A stretch of 64,000 nt of DNA. Source: Eledone cirrhosa (Eukaryota). Shown in pieces: positions 14,641-29,683 of this stretch; the first letter of the stretch is position 1, and the number at the start of each line of letters is the position of its first letter. The translations under genes and the position numbers were made by a program. The DNA lies in assembly GCA_964016885.1 (NCBI GenBank), contig OZ024756.1, positions 806,001-870,000 of the forward strand, read 5' to 3'. The notes under the pieces are model-generated. The model was not told the DNA's origin. It searched no databases and saw nothing but the letters and a program-made list of their open reading frames with translations.

Positions 14641-15143
14641 TATTTATTTCATTATACATATTTCAAGGATACCAAGTTAAATTATGGTATGCCTTCATCA
14701 GACAAAATACAATATATACCAGTTTTATAAATAAACATTGATGTACCCTTTCAAAATGCAACCGTTACTTTTGGAAGACATCAGGTTAGTCTATCCTGAT
14801 GTCTTCCAAATATAATTGTTTCTACTTTAGGCACAAGGCCAGCAAATACCCAGTGCATTACTGGTACTATATTTTATCGACCCCGTAAGGATGAAAGGCA
14901 AAGTCAACCTCGGCGGGATTTGAACTCAGATTGTAAAGGGACGTAACTATGCTGGAAAGCATGGCGTCCGACCCTCTACTGATACTGCCAATCCACCGCC
15001 CTTTGATGTCTTCCAAATATAATGGCTTCCAAAAATAATGGTTGCATTTTAAAGATGGCTTCCAAAAATAATGGTCGCATTTTAAAAGGGTACGTCAAAG
15101 CTTATTTGTAGAACTGTTATATATTGTATTTTGTCTGATAAAG
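14641..15143. mobile_element. Fold-back Penelope-like remnant with decayed hammerhead, interrupted by a SINE
   Basis: Inverted arms 14692-14782 / 15054-15143; - strand CTGATGA-stem II-GAAA at 14661-14701. Confidence 0.55.
14813..15003 (-). mobile_element. tRNA-derived SINE family 1 (central GCCTTTCATCC...GGGGTCGATAAAA...GTACCAG domain, Meta-domain-like)
   Basis: ~20-bp TSD tgatgtcttccaaatataat. Other copies near 19510(-), 25436(-), 27313(-), 30486(+), 35045(-), 36988(-), 41251(+), 45312(+), 50438(+), 50770(-), 52043(-), 56540(+), 57280(+), 60452(+), 62882(+). Confidence 0.85.
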
Positions 15144-15144
15144 G

Positions 15145-15370
15145 TCGAAATTTATCAGCTCGTCCCAGGTTTTTCTGGGTCTGCCTACTCCGTGGCTATG
15201 GTCTATCTTTATTGCCCTGCACTTTGTTATACAGCTGTCGTCTTTCATGCGCATCACGTGACCATACCAACGTAGCCTTCTCTCGAGTAAACAACATCTG
15301 ATCCTTCTTATTTCTAATTTTTCCCTTAGTTGGTTTATGCTTTGCCATTCACGTATATTACTATTACACA
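15145..15370 (-). mobile_element. RTE family C fragment
   Basis: Encodes [17 protein letters not shown]...[12 protein letters not shown]. Confidence 0.85.
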
Positions 15371-15376
15371 CATATA

Positions 15377-15469
<93 letters not shown>

Positions 15470-15739
15470 GTATATATATATACATATACATATATATATA
15501 TACATATACATATATATATAGCAATGGTAAAACAATATATACCATGGTGGAAGGAATGTACCTGATTATATATGATGTAACACAGCTGCCACGTCTTTTC
15601 AGAATTAGCTCAATAGGTCTGAAGAGAAAGCAGTTTTAGTGAGTTGGAGGTGTTGACATAAACAAAGCAAATATAAAAAGGCTTATTGATTGAAAAATCA
15701 ACTTTAATCCTTTAAATAAATATGGTTTTGAAAGATATA

Positions 15740-17260
<1,521 letters not shown>

Positions 17261-17265
17261 AGAGT

Positions 17266-17690
17266 GAAGGCACATGGCTTAGTGGTTAGAGCATTGGCTT
17301 TGCAATCGAAAGGTTGTGAGTTCAATTCTCAGACCGGGTGATGTGTTGTTTCCTTGAGCAAGACACTTTATTTCACGTTGCTCCAGTTTACTCAGCTGTA
17401 GAAATGAGATTATAGGGATTCATTCGTGGAGGTGCCACGGCAAAAAAGCACCCAGCACTCACTGTAAATGAGGTTGGTGTTAGGAAGGGCATCCAGCTGT
17501 AGAAATCAAGCCAGAATCAGTTCCCGTCCCACCCCAGTCCCTATCATCTCATTTCTACAGCTGAGTAAATTGGAGCAATGTGAAATAAAGTGTCTTCCTC
17601 AAGGAAACAACACATCACCCGGTCTGAGAATTGAACTCACAACCTTTCGATTGCAAGGCCAATGCTCTAACCACTAAGCCATGTGCCTCC
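17266..17690. mobile_element. Two inverted copies of the tRNA-head/CORE-like SINE family 2 around an RTE-tail fragment
   Basis: Arms 17266-17418 and 17539-17690; A box TGGCTTAGTGG, B box GTTCAATTC, CCTTGAGCAAGACACTT core. Other family heads at 46305, 47028, 50856 and 61713. Confidence 0.85.
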
Positions 17691-17763
17691 ATATGTATGT
17701 ATATATATATGTATGTATATATATGTATATATATATATGTATATATATGTATATATATATATA

Positions 17764-18093
17764 CGACCCGGCATAAATGTGTTGAGAGAGAAACTGTGTC
17801 TGAGAGGGATAGAATGTAGTGTACAGGAGAGGAGACTGAGGTGGTATGGACATGTGATGCGCATGGAGGATGACCGATGGATGAAGAAGTGCCAGGAATT
17901 GCCAGTTGAAGGAAGACGTGGTAGAGGTAGACCACGAAAAACATGGGCGGAGGTGGTGAGAACAGACCTCAGATCATTGAAGTTCACGGTGGAGATGACG
18001 AGGGACCGTGACGAGTGGAGAGATGCTGTGCTGAATAAGACCCGTCCCACCCTTGCAAGCAGGGAAAAGCGGACATATGATGATGATGATGAT
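17764..18093 (+). mobile_element. 3' fragment of RTE family B
   Basis: Nearly identical to 13360-13690. Confidence 0.93.
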
Positions 18094-18132
18094 GTATGTA
18101 TATATATGTATATATATATATGTATATATATG

Positions 18133-18181
<49 letters not shown>

Positions 18182-18218
18182 GTATATATATATATATATA
18201 TATGTATATGTATATATG

Positions 18219-18265
<47 letters not shown>

Positions 18266-18280
18266 GTATATATATATATG

Positions 18281-18330
<50 letters not shown>

Positions 18331-19409
18331 TGTATATATATGTATATATATATATATATATATGTACATATATGTATGTATATATATGTATATATATATA
18401 TATGTATATATATGTATATATATATATATGTATATATATGTATGTATATATATGTATATATATATATATGTATATATATGTATGTATATATATGTATATA
18501 TATGTATATATATGTATATATATGTATATATATATATATGTATATGTATGTATATATATGTATATATATATATGTATATATATGTATATATATGTATATA
18601 TATGTATGTATATATATGTATATATATGTATATATATGCACGTATATATATGTATATGTATATATATGTATATATATGTATATATATGTATATATATGTA
18701 TATATATGTACGTATATATATGTATATATATGTATGTATATATATATGTATATATATATGTATGTATATATATATGTATATATATATGTATGTATATATG
18801 TATATATATGTATGTATATATATATGTATATATATGTATGTATATATATATGTATATGTATGTATTTTATATGTATATGTATGTATGTATATATATGTAT
18901 GTATGTATGTATATATATGTATGTCAAAGGGCAAAGGAGGTCTTAAGAGTCAATGGCCATCCAAAATCACCGGGAGAGATGACCCCTTAGCCTTTGTCAA
19001 GGCAGAATTCTAGGAGAAGGAAAACTCTGATATAACACCTGCAACTCTGATGGTATCCAATGATGTTGACTTGTTCTTCTTTTTGGTAAATATCATCTTG
19101 GTTAAGAGAGTGGGACTGGCTTTGTGCAATGCCTTTGCTCATTATAAAAGCTTCACCGCACAGGCTTTACTTTATATCTGGAGATCTCTCTGCACTTGTC
19201 GTCACATGGTACCGTGGGCCCAGCACTATGTGACAATAATTGTTACAGGTGTAGTGTTTGTACCAGAGTTTTCAAGTCACTGGCTGGACTAAAATGTCAC
19301 ACTCGTTCAGCGCATCGGTAGGGGTTCTCCTACATGGATATAAAGTAGTGGCCGTACTCGAAAACAAGTTGGCAGCCACCATATGTATGTATATATATGT
19401 ATATGTATG

Positions 19410-19461
<52 letters not shown>

Positions 19462-20010
19462 TATAACATGTATATGTATATATATATATATAACATGTAT
19501 ATATATATATAATTGTTTCTACTTTTGACACAAGGCCAGCAATTACCCAGTGCATTACTGGTACTTTATTTTATCGACCCCGTAAGGATGAAAGGCAAAG
19601 TCAACCTCGGCGGGATTTGAACTCAGATCGTAAAGGGACGTAACTATGCTGGAAAGCATGGCGTCCGACCCTCTACCGATACTGCCAATCCACCCCCTCA
19701 ATAAATGAACTGAGGCCTTATTCAGTTTATTCAGGTTTATTTAAATATTATATAAATTTCACTGAGGACTATAGATATGACAGCTTGAGCTCTTCAGACG
19801 GAAAAACCTACAAAACAATGAAAGTTCATAAAAACAAAGTTTGGAGAAATCCAATAATTTCTTGGACTGAGGTTTTTTTTTTCTCGATACAGAGGGCTGA
19901 TTGGATGTGTGGTGTTTGTTGGCTTGTAGCTGAGCAGCCCTCTGTAACAAGAAAGCTTTTCTCGAAGAAATTATTGGATTTTTCCAAACTTAGATGTTTT
20001 ATAGGTTTTA

Positions 20011-20067
20011 CTGTCTGAAGAGCTGAGGCTGTCATAACTGTAATCTTCAGTGAAATATATGTAACGG
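20011..20067 (+). ncRNA. Type I hammerhead motif in the right arm of an inverted-repeat element (19711-20092)
   Basis: Stem I ctgt/acgg, CTGAAGA 20015-20021, stem II gctgagg/cttcagt, GAAA 20052-20055, near-palindromic ATATATGT, GUA at 20061-20063; decayed copy on the - strand at ~19748-19801. Confidence 0.65.
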
Positions 20068-20360
20068 ATTTAAATAAACTGAATATGGCCTCGGATCTTT
20101 TATTTATATATATATATATATATACACATACATACACACACACACATATATATAACACTGACTGTGTGAATGTACAGAGACATTTGTGTGGCAGACACGT
20201 TGCAGAAGCCCTACATTTAAGCATGAAAAATAAGCTTTAAACAGTGATATTGGTGATGATGATCATGATGATGATGATGTCACTAATTTGTATGAACCAT
20301 TCCTTTGAATACTTTCTCTCTCCTATGTTAATGATTTATTTTCTCTAATTCCTCTTACAG

Positions 20361-20405
20361 GATGGGTCCTATCTTGCTGAGTTCCTGTTAGTAAAAGGAT
20401 ATCAG
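20361..20405 (+). CDS. GMDS: GDP-mannose 4,6-dehydratase, internal exon (exon 2 by vertebrate numbering)
   Basis: cttacag|GAT...CAG|gtaaac; 45 nt encoding DGSYLAEFLLVKGYQ, which follows the GITGQ Rossmann motif of GMDS. Confidence 0.95.
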
Positions 20406-20546
20406 GTAAACCGTTTTACTGCTTCTTATTTCTCATTAATCTTCTTAATTCTATCCTCTTATCGTAGAATGTGAAATATATATAATGTACGAAGAAGCCA
20501 AATTTTGGCTTTTTGAACCGCTGAGAATATATGTATATATATATAT

Positions 20547-22566
20547 AGCCAGATTGACTTCTTGCTAGTTCGGCAACGAGACAGACAGATGGTTACGAAA
20601 ACTAAGGTATACCTTGAGGAAGAATGTACCCACCAACATAGGTTAGTTGTTAGTGGCATCTCAATAAGCAAGGGACAGAATGAGACACACATGGAAAAGG
20701 AAGGTCTGGGAGCTAAAGGAACTTTCACTTATAAATTTAGGATAACTAGAAGTTCTTACGAGACAACCTACTGCACGCAACTGAAGAGCAAAGCTCCAAC
20801 CAGACAGAGGGTGACTTTGTGGTGGAACAGCAAGAGCCATTAAAGACAAAAGACAAGCATGGAAGGATTGGAAAAATGGGGGACTAGAGACCAAAACTCA
20901 GCCACTAAAAGAGAAGCTAGATATCAGGTATACTTAGCACGTAGGGAAGCTGAGAGTAGGAGATTTGCCAAGGTTCTGCGACGAGAAGATCAGAGACGGG
21001 TGGTGTTTCGCACTGCAAGGCAGTGTGTCAGTGTAAATGAGGATGTTGTTGGAGATAAGTGTCCGCTATGATGCTGGTGCACATAGTGTCACTGACGCTC
21101 AGAAAAAGGAGGCCTGGAAATGTCATTATGAGAGACTGATGAATGTGGAGAACGAATGGGAGAGAGAGAAACTACCCCCAGTAGACCCGACAGAGGGACC
21201 AGCTATTGAGGTTGATGCAATTAGGAAAATGAAAAGTGATAAGGCCGCTGGACTGTCGGGGATAGTTGCCTAGATGTTGAAGGCATCAGGAGAAGTAGGA
21301 ACTAAACTGGTTGCACTCATCGTCAATCAAGTGATATATGGCAAAGTCATACCCAAAGACTGGTGCAGCAATATTCTTGTAAATTGCTACAAAGGTAAAG
21401 GGGATGCTCTGGAGAGGAGCAATTATAGGGGCATAAAACTGATCGATTAGGTTATGAAAGTGACAGAAAGTTTCCTAGCAGAACTAATTAGAGAAAGAGT
21501 AAAATTAGATGAGATGCAGTTTGGTTTTGTGCCTGGGAAAAGTACAACAGATGCCCTCTTCTTGGTGAGACAATTACAAGAGAGGTTCTTAGAGAAGAAT
21601 AAGCCACTATATTTAGCTTTTGTTGACCTAGAGAAGGCCTTTGATAGGGTACCTCGATCTGACATCTGGTGGTCCCTAAGGAAACTAAGTGTAGAGGAAT
21701 GGCTTGTGAGGACAGTGCAAGCTATATACAAGGGTGCTGTCAGTAAAGTGAGAGTAGGAATGGAGTTTAGTGAAAGTGAGGAATTCCAGATAAAAGTAGG
21801 AGTACATCAAGGTTCAGTCCTCAGCCTGCTCTTGTTCATTATAGTTCTCCGAGCCATAACAGAGGAGTTTAAGACTGTCTGCCCATGGGAACTTCTCTAT
21901 GCTGACAATCTGGTACTTATAGCAGAATCGGTAGAGGAGCTAGAGAATAAATTCTGGCTATGGAAACATGGAGGTGGTTGATAGCTTCCGATATCTAGGT
22001 GATCAGATTAACAAAGGAGGAGGATGCTCTGAGGCCATAGTTTCTAGAATAAGGACAGGATGGAAGAAGTTTAGAGAGCTATTCTTCTGTTGAAAACAAA
22101 GGGTTTCTCCCTACGAACGAAAGGTTGGTTATATGATGCCTGTGTGAGATGCGTGTTGCTGCATGGTATTGAGACATGGGCAGCAACTGCAGAGGATATG
22201 CGACGCCTGGAGAGAAGTGAAGCAAGCATGCTTCAATAGATGGGCAATGTGCGTGAACGACCAAGTATGGACGAGTTGAGAGTGAAACTGTGTATAAGAG
22301 GGATAAACTGCAGTGTGCAGAAGAGAAGACTGCATTGGTATGGACATGTGATGCGCATGGAGGATGACCACTGGGTAAAGGAGTGCTAAGAAATCCTGGT
22401 GGAAGGAAGACCACGAAAAACATGGGTGGAGGTGGTGAGAGCTGACCTCAGATCGCTGAACTTCACAGAGATGACGAAGGACTGTGATGAATGGAGGGAT
22501 GCTGTGCTGAAAAGGACGCATCCCACTCTTGCAAGCAGGGAAAAGTGGACGTAAAATGATGATGAT
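20547..22566 (+). pseudogene. Decayed RTE family B copy
   Basis: Colinear with 11238-13690 but with stops, frameshifts and deletions (the PHD region is lost near 21970). Confidence 0.93.
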
Positions 22567-23970
22567 AAATCTAAAGAAAGTACTCAAGCACAGAAATGCT
22601 ATAAAGTTAGCTTATAAAATAGGGTGAAGGCCCTTAAAAGAGGGAAAAAGAAGTTGCCATCTGCTGCTATGAGGAAATGAACTCCAAACCTTCCAGATAT
22701 TGGCTGCGAGATATGGGGTTCAATTCTTCATAGCAGCAGATGGCAACCTCTCTCTCTCTACCCCCTCCTCCCTCTCTGTGAAACAAGAATAACAGTGGCT
22801 TGTGCCAGTTAATAATTGAATCAGCTGACACACACCACACACACACTACCACATACAGACACACACACACCACACCACACAACACACCACACCATAAGTT
22901 TATCTCTAACTAAACACTGGCTGTCAAAATAAACTGTCAACAGATCAACTAAGCTAAGTAGTAGTAGTAGTAGTAGTGGTGATGGTGATAGGAGTAGTGG
23001 TGGTGGTAGTAGTAGTCATGGTAGTATTAGTAGTAGTGGTGGTAGTGGGGTGGGACTGCCAGCATTTGGGCCCTCATTGGGAGAGAGACAGTGACAGTGG
23101 GAATATGATTCCCTTACGTCCACAACTAATATTTACAGACTGCGTTTGAAGATGCATTCGTGAACGCAGCACATAAAGCAAATTCACGTAATTCAAGAAT
23201 TATATTTCTGACTAGCAGAAAACCACCCAGTGCGCGGTTTTCTGCTAGCAAATCTAGTGTATATACTGATATTGTTGAGATTTGGATGAGAAATGTTTTC
23301 GGCACCACATGTTCACCGTCTCTCGGTGTGTCTTTTATGCATGTATAAATATATATGTTATCTATACGGTGAAATCTTTGAAATAAATATATGTTAAAAC
23401 GAAAAAGGGGAAAAAGAGATTAGTGACGGAAATATAAACGTTATGATACATAAACGTTATGATATAACGATGGAAATATATAAACGTTTACGATAAAACG
23501 ATGGAAATAGAAACGTTTATATATAATGATAAGCCGAAACACTCGTAAAGCGAAACACTCGTAAAGCGAAACGTATAAATAAAGATTAATGTAATGAATT
23601 TGAAAAACATAGAGATTTGAAACCGCGTCTATTTGTTTCCTTGGCATTTTTTACAGACGGACAGACAAACAAACAAATAGAGAAATGCCCATTATATATT
23701 ATAAGTAGACTTGGCATGGTGTCAAGTCAGAACCGCCTCGAACTGGTTACTTCTGGCTTGTGCAAGGTGTCTATAGCAACCAGCGATTCCCTCGGCCTCA
23801 GTGACCAAAGTCAGTGGAGAGGGGAAGGTAATGTTTCTATAGCGACAGTGTTTCTCTTGGTAGTACCAAAGTGGAGAAAGGAAGGGGAAGGTAATATTTC
23901 TGTAGCACCTACATTTGAGTTTTAGGGAAGGACAGACAGACAGACAAACAGAGAAATGCCCATATATTTC

Positions 23971-24003
<33 letters not shown>

Positions 24004-24031
24004 TACACACACAGAAATGTATATATATTTC

Positions 24032-24094
<63 letters not shown>

Positions 24095-24214
24095 CACACA
24101 GAGAAATGTATATATATTTCTGGCTTGTGCAAGGTGTCTATAGCAACCAGCGATTCCCTCGGCCTCAGTGACCAAAGTCAGTGGAGAGGGGAAGGTAATG
24201 TTTCTATAGCGACA

Positions 24215-25251
24215 GTGCTCTGAAAGTACAGTAGCTAGAGTCAGAACTGGATGGAAAAAGTTCAGAGAGCTTATACCACTATTAGCCGCTAGAGGGTTCT
24301 CCCTAAAAATGAAAGGCAGGTTATACGATGCCTGCATACGAACAGCAATGCTGCATGGCAGTGAGACCTGGGCATTGTGTGCAGAGGATATACGCAGACT
24401 AGAGAGGAATGAAGCTTGCATGCTCCGCTGGATGTGCAATAGTAATATACGTGAACGGCAAAGCATAAACGAACTAAGGAAAAAATTAGAAATAAGAGGG
24501 ATCAGATGTTGTTTACTCGAGAGAAGGCTACGTTGGTACGGTCACGTGATGCGCATGAAAGACGACAGCTGTATAACAAAGTGCAGGGCAATAAAGATAG
24601 ACGGTAGCCACGGAGTAGGCAGACCCAGAAAAACATGGGATGAGCTGATAAATTCCGACCTCACACGCTTACACCTCTCCAAGACAATGTCACTGGACCG
24701 AGACCTTTGGCGGTACTCAGTAATAGAGAAGACCCGCCTTACCTAAATACAAAGTAAAAACCTACTACAGTCAGTAGGCATCTCTATCAACCCCCCCCGT
24801 CCCACCACCTCCACCCCATCCACACCGCCCCTTTCAATGTACAGTTATGTTGGTCCCACAACATCCAGGCCGAAACAAATGAGATCGTGTAGGTGTCACG
24901 ACAAAAAACACACAGTCCACGCTGTAAATGTGGCCGTGTAGGCAACACGGTAAAAACCTCCCAGCCCCACACTGTAAATGTGGTTGGTGTTAGGAAGGGC
25001 ATCCAGCTGTAGAAAACCCGCCAGACAGTCCACGCTGTAATGTGGCCATGTAGGCAACACTGTAAAAACCTCCCAGCCCCACACTGTAAATGTGGTTGGT
25101 ATTAGGAAGGGCATCCAACTGTAGAAAACCCGCCAGACAGTCCTATGCGAGCAAGACAACCACTCTTGCCTCAAGTGGGAAAACCCCCGTCCAAACCCAT
25201 GCAAGCGTGGAACACGGACGCTAAACCTGATGATGATGATGATGATGATGA
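24215..25251 (+). mobile_element. 3' fragment of RTE family C
   Basis: ORF 24309-24746 is the RT C-terminus, followed by 3' UTR and (ATG)n tail. Confidence 0.93.
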
Positions 25252-26183
25252 TTTCTGTGTATGTATATATATATATATATATATATTACACACACAGAAA
25301 TGTATATATATTTCTTAGAACAAAATTATTATTAATGTTTTGCTGTTCATAACAGTTGGAATTGAAAAATTACTTTTGAAATTATTAGTTATTTTACTAA
25401 TGCTTAGATATGTAAAAATGAAGCAATGTTTCTAATAATTGTTTCTACTTTTGGCACAAGGCCAGCAATTACCCAGTACATTACTGGTACTTTATTTTAT
25501 TGACCCCGTGAGGATGAAAGGCAAAGTTAACCTCGGCGGTATTTGAACTCAGACCGTAAAGGGACGTAACTCCATGCTATGAAGCATGGTGTCCGATTCT
25601 CTACAGATTCTGCCAATTCACCGCCCTAATGTCTGTACGTAATGAGGGAGTGAGAGGGGAGAGAAAGGTAGAGGTGAAGTGACGAAGTGACTCTCTCCTC
25701 CTCCTCCATCACCCCATTCGTCACAGCGATAGAGGGGAGGAATGTTAGTGTGTTACAAAGAGAAAGAGTGAGAGTGAGAGAAACAGACAGACTAAAAGAG
25801 AGGGATAGCTGGAGAGAGAGAAAGATAGCAACCACGCGCGCACGTGTTTCCACTGTTGGACAGACAGACAGAGAAATTGCTGGTTATATATTACTAGCAT
25901 TAAAGCCCGGCGTTGCTCGGGGTCATTAAGTTACCATAGTTAGGTTGCACCACCCATTTTATGGCAGCACTTTTTTGTCTGCCAGGCACTGGGTGAATGA
26001 ATTGCAGACCTGGAAGCAGGAGCTGCGCCAGCAGTGACAATTGTAGTTTCGCCTATGGATATTATCTCTGTGCAAAAAAGTGTTGAAATCTATTGTTTCA
26101 CAGTACTTGCGCAACACGCGCGTAGACGATGCCAGCCGAACAACAGAGCTGCGATGGAGTTGTTCTGCATGGTTGTCTGTGTG

Positions 26184-26545
26184 TTTTCTAAATTTAAGAC
26201 AGTAGGGAGGGTTGTGATATGAGGGAGAGTTAGCTGTTGTTTCTAGCAGGTTTAGTGACCTCATAGAGGATATATGTTTTCTAAATTTAAGACAGTAGGG
26301 AGTGGTGTGATATGGGGGAGAGTTAGCAGCTGTTTCTAGCAGGTTTAGTAACCTCATAGAGGATATGTGTTTTCTAAATTTAAGATAGTAGGGAGTGGTG
26401 TGATATGGAGGAGAGTTAGCTGCTGTTTCTAGCAGGTTTAGTGACCTCATAGAAGATATGTTTTCTAAATTTAAGAGATTAGGGAGGGGTGTGGATGGGG
26501 GAGAGTTAGCTGCTGTTTCTAGCAGGTTTAGTGACCTTATAGATG
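26184..26545. repeat. ~93-bp tandem repeat, 4 copies
   Basis: ttttctaaatttaaga...gtttctagcaggtttagtgacctcatag recurs at ~93-bp spacing. Confidence 0.9.
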
Positions 26546-27102
26546 ATATTATTGTTTATCATTATCTATAAAAGGCAGATTGTTGTTGTTGTTGTTGAAG
26601 TGAGTGTGTGTTTGTATGCGTTTGGAAAAGAGGTTTTAAAAAAAATTTATCGCTTGTTGTTGAATAAATGTATCTGTATAAAAGAGAAAGTAGCAAAATG
26701 TGTGGGTTGTAGTTAGAGGAAAGCAGATGATATGAGAGAGTAAAACGGACAGTATCACCATCAAGCTTGGAAAGAGAAAGGAGCAGAAAGTATGAAGTTG
26801 TATAGATTTTGAATGGTAGTGGAAAGAGTTTAGCAGTTTAAATGACAGAAAAATCGTAAAATATTGAGTTTTATCTATTTTTTGCGTAATTGTGGGTGAA
26901 ATTGAAAAGATTATCTGTGCCAAGACGCAATCGAAGCTATTTCGAATACTGAATTGTAAATTTCAATTGAAGAAATTCTATATCGTAGATTTCTATAAGA
27001 AAGGAGCATGACCACACACTGAGCTTTATAGATTATAAGGAGATAAATAAAAATATTAAAAAACATACACGATATAGTGCCTTATTCGTGCAAAGTGAAT
27101 AT

Positions 27103-27519
27103 TTAACCGTTTAGCATTTAAACCGGCCATATCCGGCCAGAATTCTCTCACTTTCTTCTGTTCAAATTGGCCATAACTGGCTGCTCATACTGACCTTAAG
27201 GTATTGTTCTTAAAATAAATAACATTAAAATCTCGTAGATTCGATATTATGTGAGATAATCATGTAAGATAAAGCCTTTACCACAAAAATACAATAGTAT
27301 ATATATATAGAATAGTTGTTTCTACTTTTGGCACAAGGCCAGCAATTATTCCAGTGTATTACTGGTACTTTATTTTATCGACCTCGTAATGATGAAAGGC
27401 AAAGTTAACCTCGGCGGGATTTGAACTCAGACCATAAAGGGCCGTAACTCTTTGCTGTAAAGCATGGCATCTGATCCTCTACCGATACTGCCAAGAATAA
27501 TGCAAATGCTAAAGGGTTA
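27103..27519. mobile_element. piggyBac-like MITE with a nested SINE
   Basis: TTAA-CC(G/C)TTTAGCATTT ... AAATGCTAAAGGG-TTAA; relatives at 53715-53922, 55102-55317 and ~62000-62197. Confidence 0.7.
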
Positions 27520-29632
27520 AAAACTAAAAACCACACACGATCTAGCGCGTTATTCGCGCAAAGTGAATATTTAATACTTTTACAAGAGGCGTTAAAGTGA
27601 TTTTGCGTACTTGAAGTCCGCGTAAAAAGCTAACAGACTGTAAATATGTCAAAGAGCAAAGCTAAAAATGGAAAACATTTCTTGAATGTTATTTCTGTCA
27701 ATGATTTGAAAATCATTGACAGAAATAATCAAGAATTTGGAGGGATTTAGTAATAATTATTATGCTGGTATTTGGAACATAACATAAAGGTTCTGACATA
27801 ATTCTAAATCTTTCCTTACCATATTTCTAATGATGACACTGTTAATGATTTTCAAATCATTTTGAAAATAATCAAGAATTTGGAGGGATTTAGTAATAAA
27901 TAGCAGAATGGCCCGGCGTTGCTCGGGATTCTAAACATAGATTGGCATGTTTATCCCTCCTTTCTGAAACAGTACAGAGAAGTACTGAATATCTCGGCCT
28001 TGTGACCATCGAATAGCAGATTTCACTGACGATTCGTTTGCCCGCCTTGTTCTTTCTCTTGCTACTATCGCAGTATTTCGGCCAATGGAGTATCTCTTCC
28101 TTCGAGGCGTGACCTAAAAGCAGGACGAAGTACACTAAGACTAACTCGTAGAATTAGGAGTAAACTCGTCAGTGATGCATGTAATTTTCGAACCGTTGAC
28201 TATGTAATTGCTGGCCTTGTGCCAAAAGTAGTGGGACCTTTTGGGTGGCATATCGGCAGTAAAAATGACGATAAGCTGTCTGTGCTTTCGTGAAATAAAT
28301 ATGTTTGTTTATATTTTGTTTTTGTGTATGCAAAAATATCTGTACACGAATATATAATTATATATAAATATATTAAAATAACAGATTAAAGTTTAAGCAA
28401 AGAATCGCTGGTTTTACCCTTAACGGGATCTTCTGAAACTTAAAAAAATCAATCTGTGAACGCAGAGGTAAATATTTCGAAAAACGTTGCAAACGAAGGA
28501 AAACAGGAAGACGATACTTTGGTTCGTGAAGACGTTCCCTGACAATGAACGGAAAATAGCGAAGATAATACGTCAGCAATGAGAACAATGTTTGTCATAA
28601 TGTCGTAATGCAGACAGCCAGATATACAGACAGATATTATAAGGGCGCGACGTTATAGCTATGTATCTATCTAAAAAGACAGACTAAGAAAGAGAGAGAT
28701 CGCTAACTGGTGCCTAATGCGGTCTCTAGGGCATTGAAAATTTGAAATATTTTTTGCTCAAAACACTCACACGACCATAAGTATTACATATGTAAATTTT
28801 GAAAAAAATCGGTTGGGTGGTTCTCGAGGTTTAGGGAGACAGACAGACATTCTCTGTTTTACATATATAGACTAGCAGAAAACCACCCGGTGCGCGGTTT
28901 TCTGCTAGCAAATCTAGTGTATATACTGATATTGTTGAGATTTGGATGAGAAATGTTTTCGGCACCACATGTTCACCGTCTCTCGGTGTGTCTTTTATGC
29001 ATGTATAAATATATATGTTATCTATACGGGGAAATCTTTGAAATAAATATATGTTAAAACGAAAAAGGAGAAAAAGAGATTAGTGACGGAAATATAAACG
29101 TTATGATACATAAACGTTATGATATAACGATGGAAATATATAAACGTTTACGATAAAACGATGGAAATAGAAACGTTTATATATAATGATAAGCCGAAAC
29201 ACTCGTAAGTCGAAACACTCGTAAAGCGAAACGTATAAATAAAGATTAATGTAATGAATTTGAAAAACATAGAGATTTGAAACCGCGTCTATTTGTTTCC
29301 TTGGCATTTTTTACAGACGGACAGACAAACAAACAAATAGAGAAATGCCCATTATATATTATAAGTAGACTTGGCATGGTGTCAAGTCAGAACCGCCTCG
29401 AACTGGTTACTTCTGGCTTGTGCAAGGTGTCTCTATATCAACCAGCGATTCCCTCGGCCTCAGTGACCAAAGTCAGTGGAGAGGGGAAGGTAATGTTTCT
29501 ATAGCGACAGTGTTTCTCTTGGTAGTACCAAAGTGGAGAAAGGAAGGGGAAGGTAATATTTCTGTAGCACCTACATTTGAGTTTTAGGGAAGGACAGACA
29601 GACAGACAAACAGAGAAATGCCCATATATTTC

Positions 29633-29683
<51 letters not shown>

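Noticed and set aside
17266-17340. tRNA gene
   Set aside because: A and B boxes are present but run into a SINE core with several dispersed copies; no proper acceptor stem
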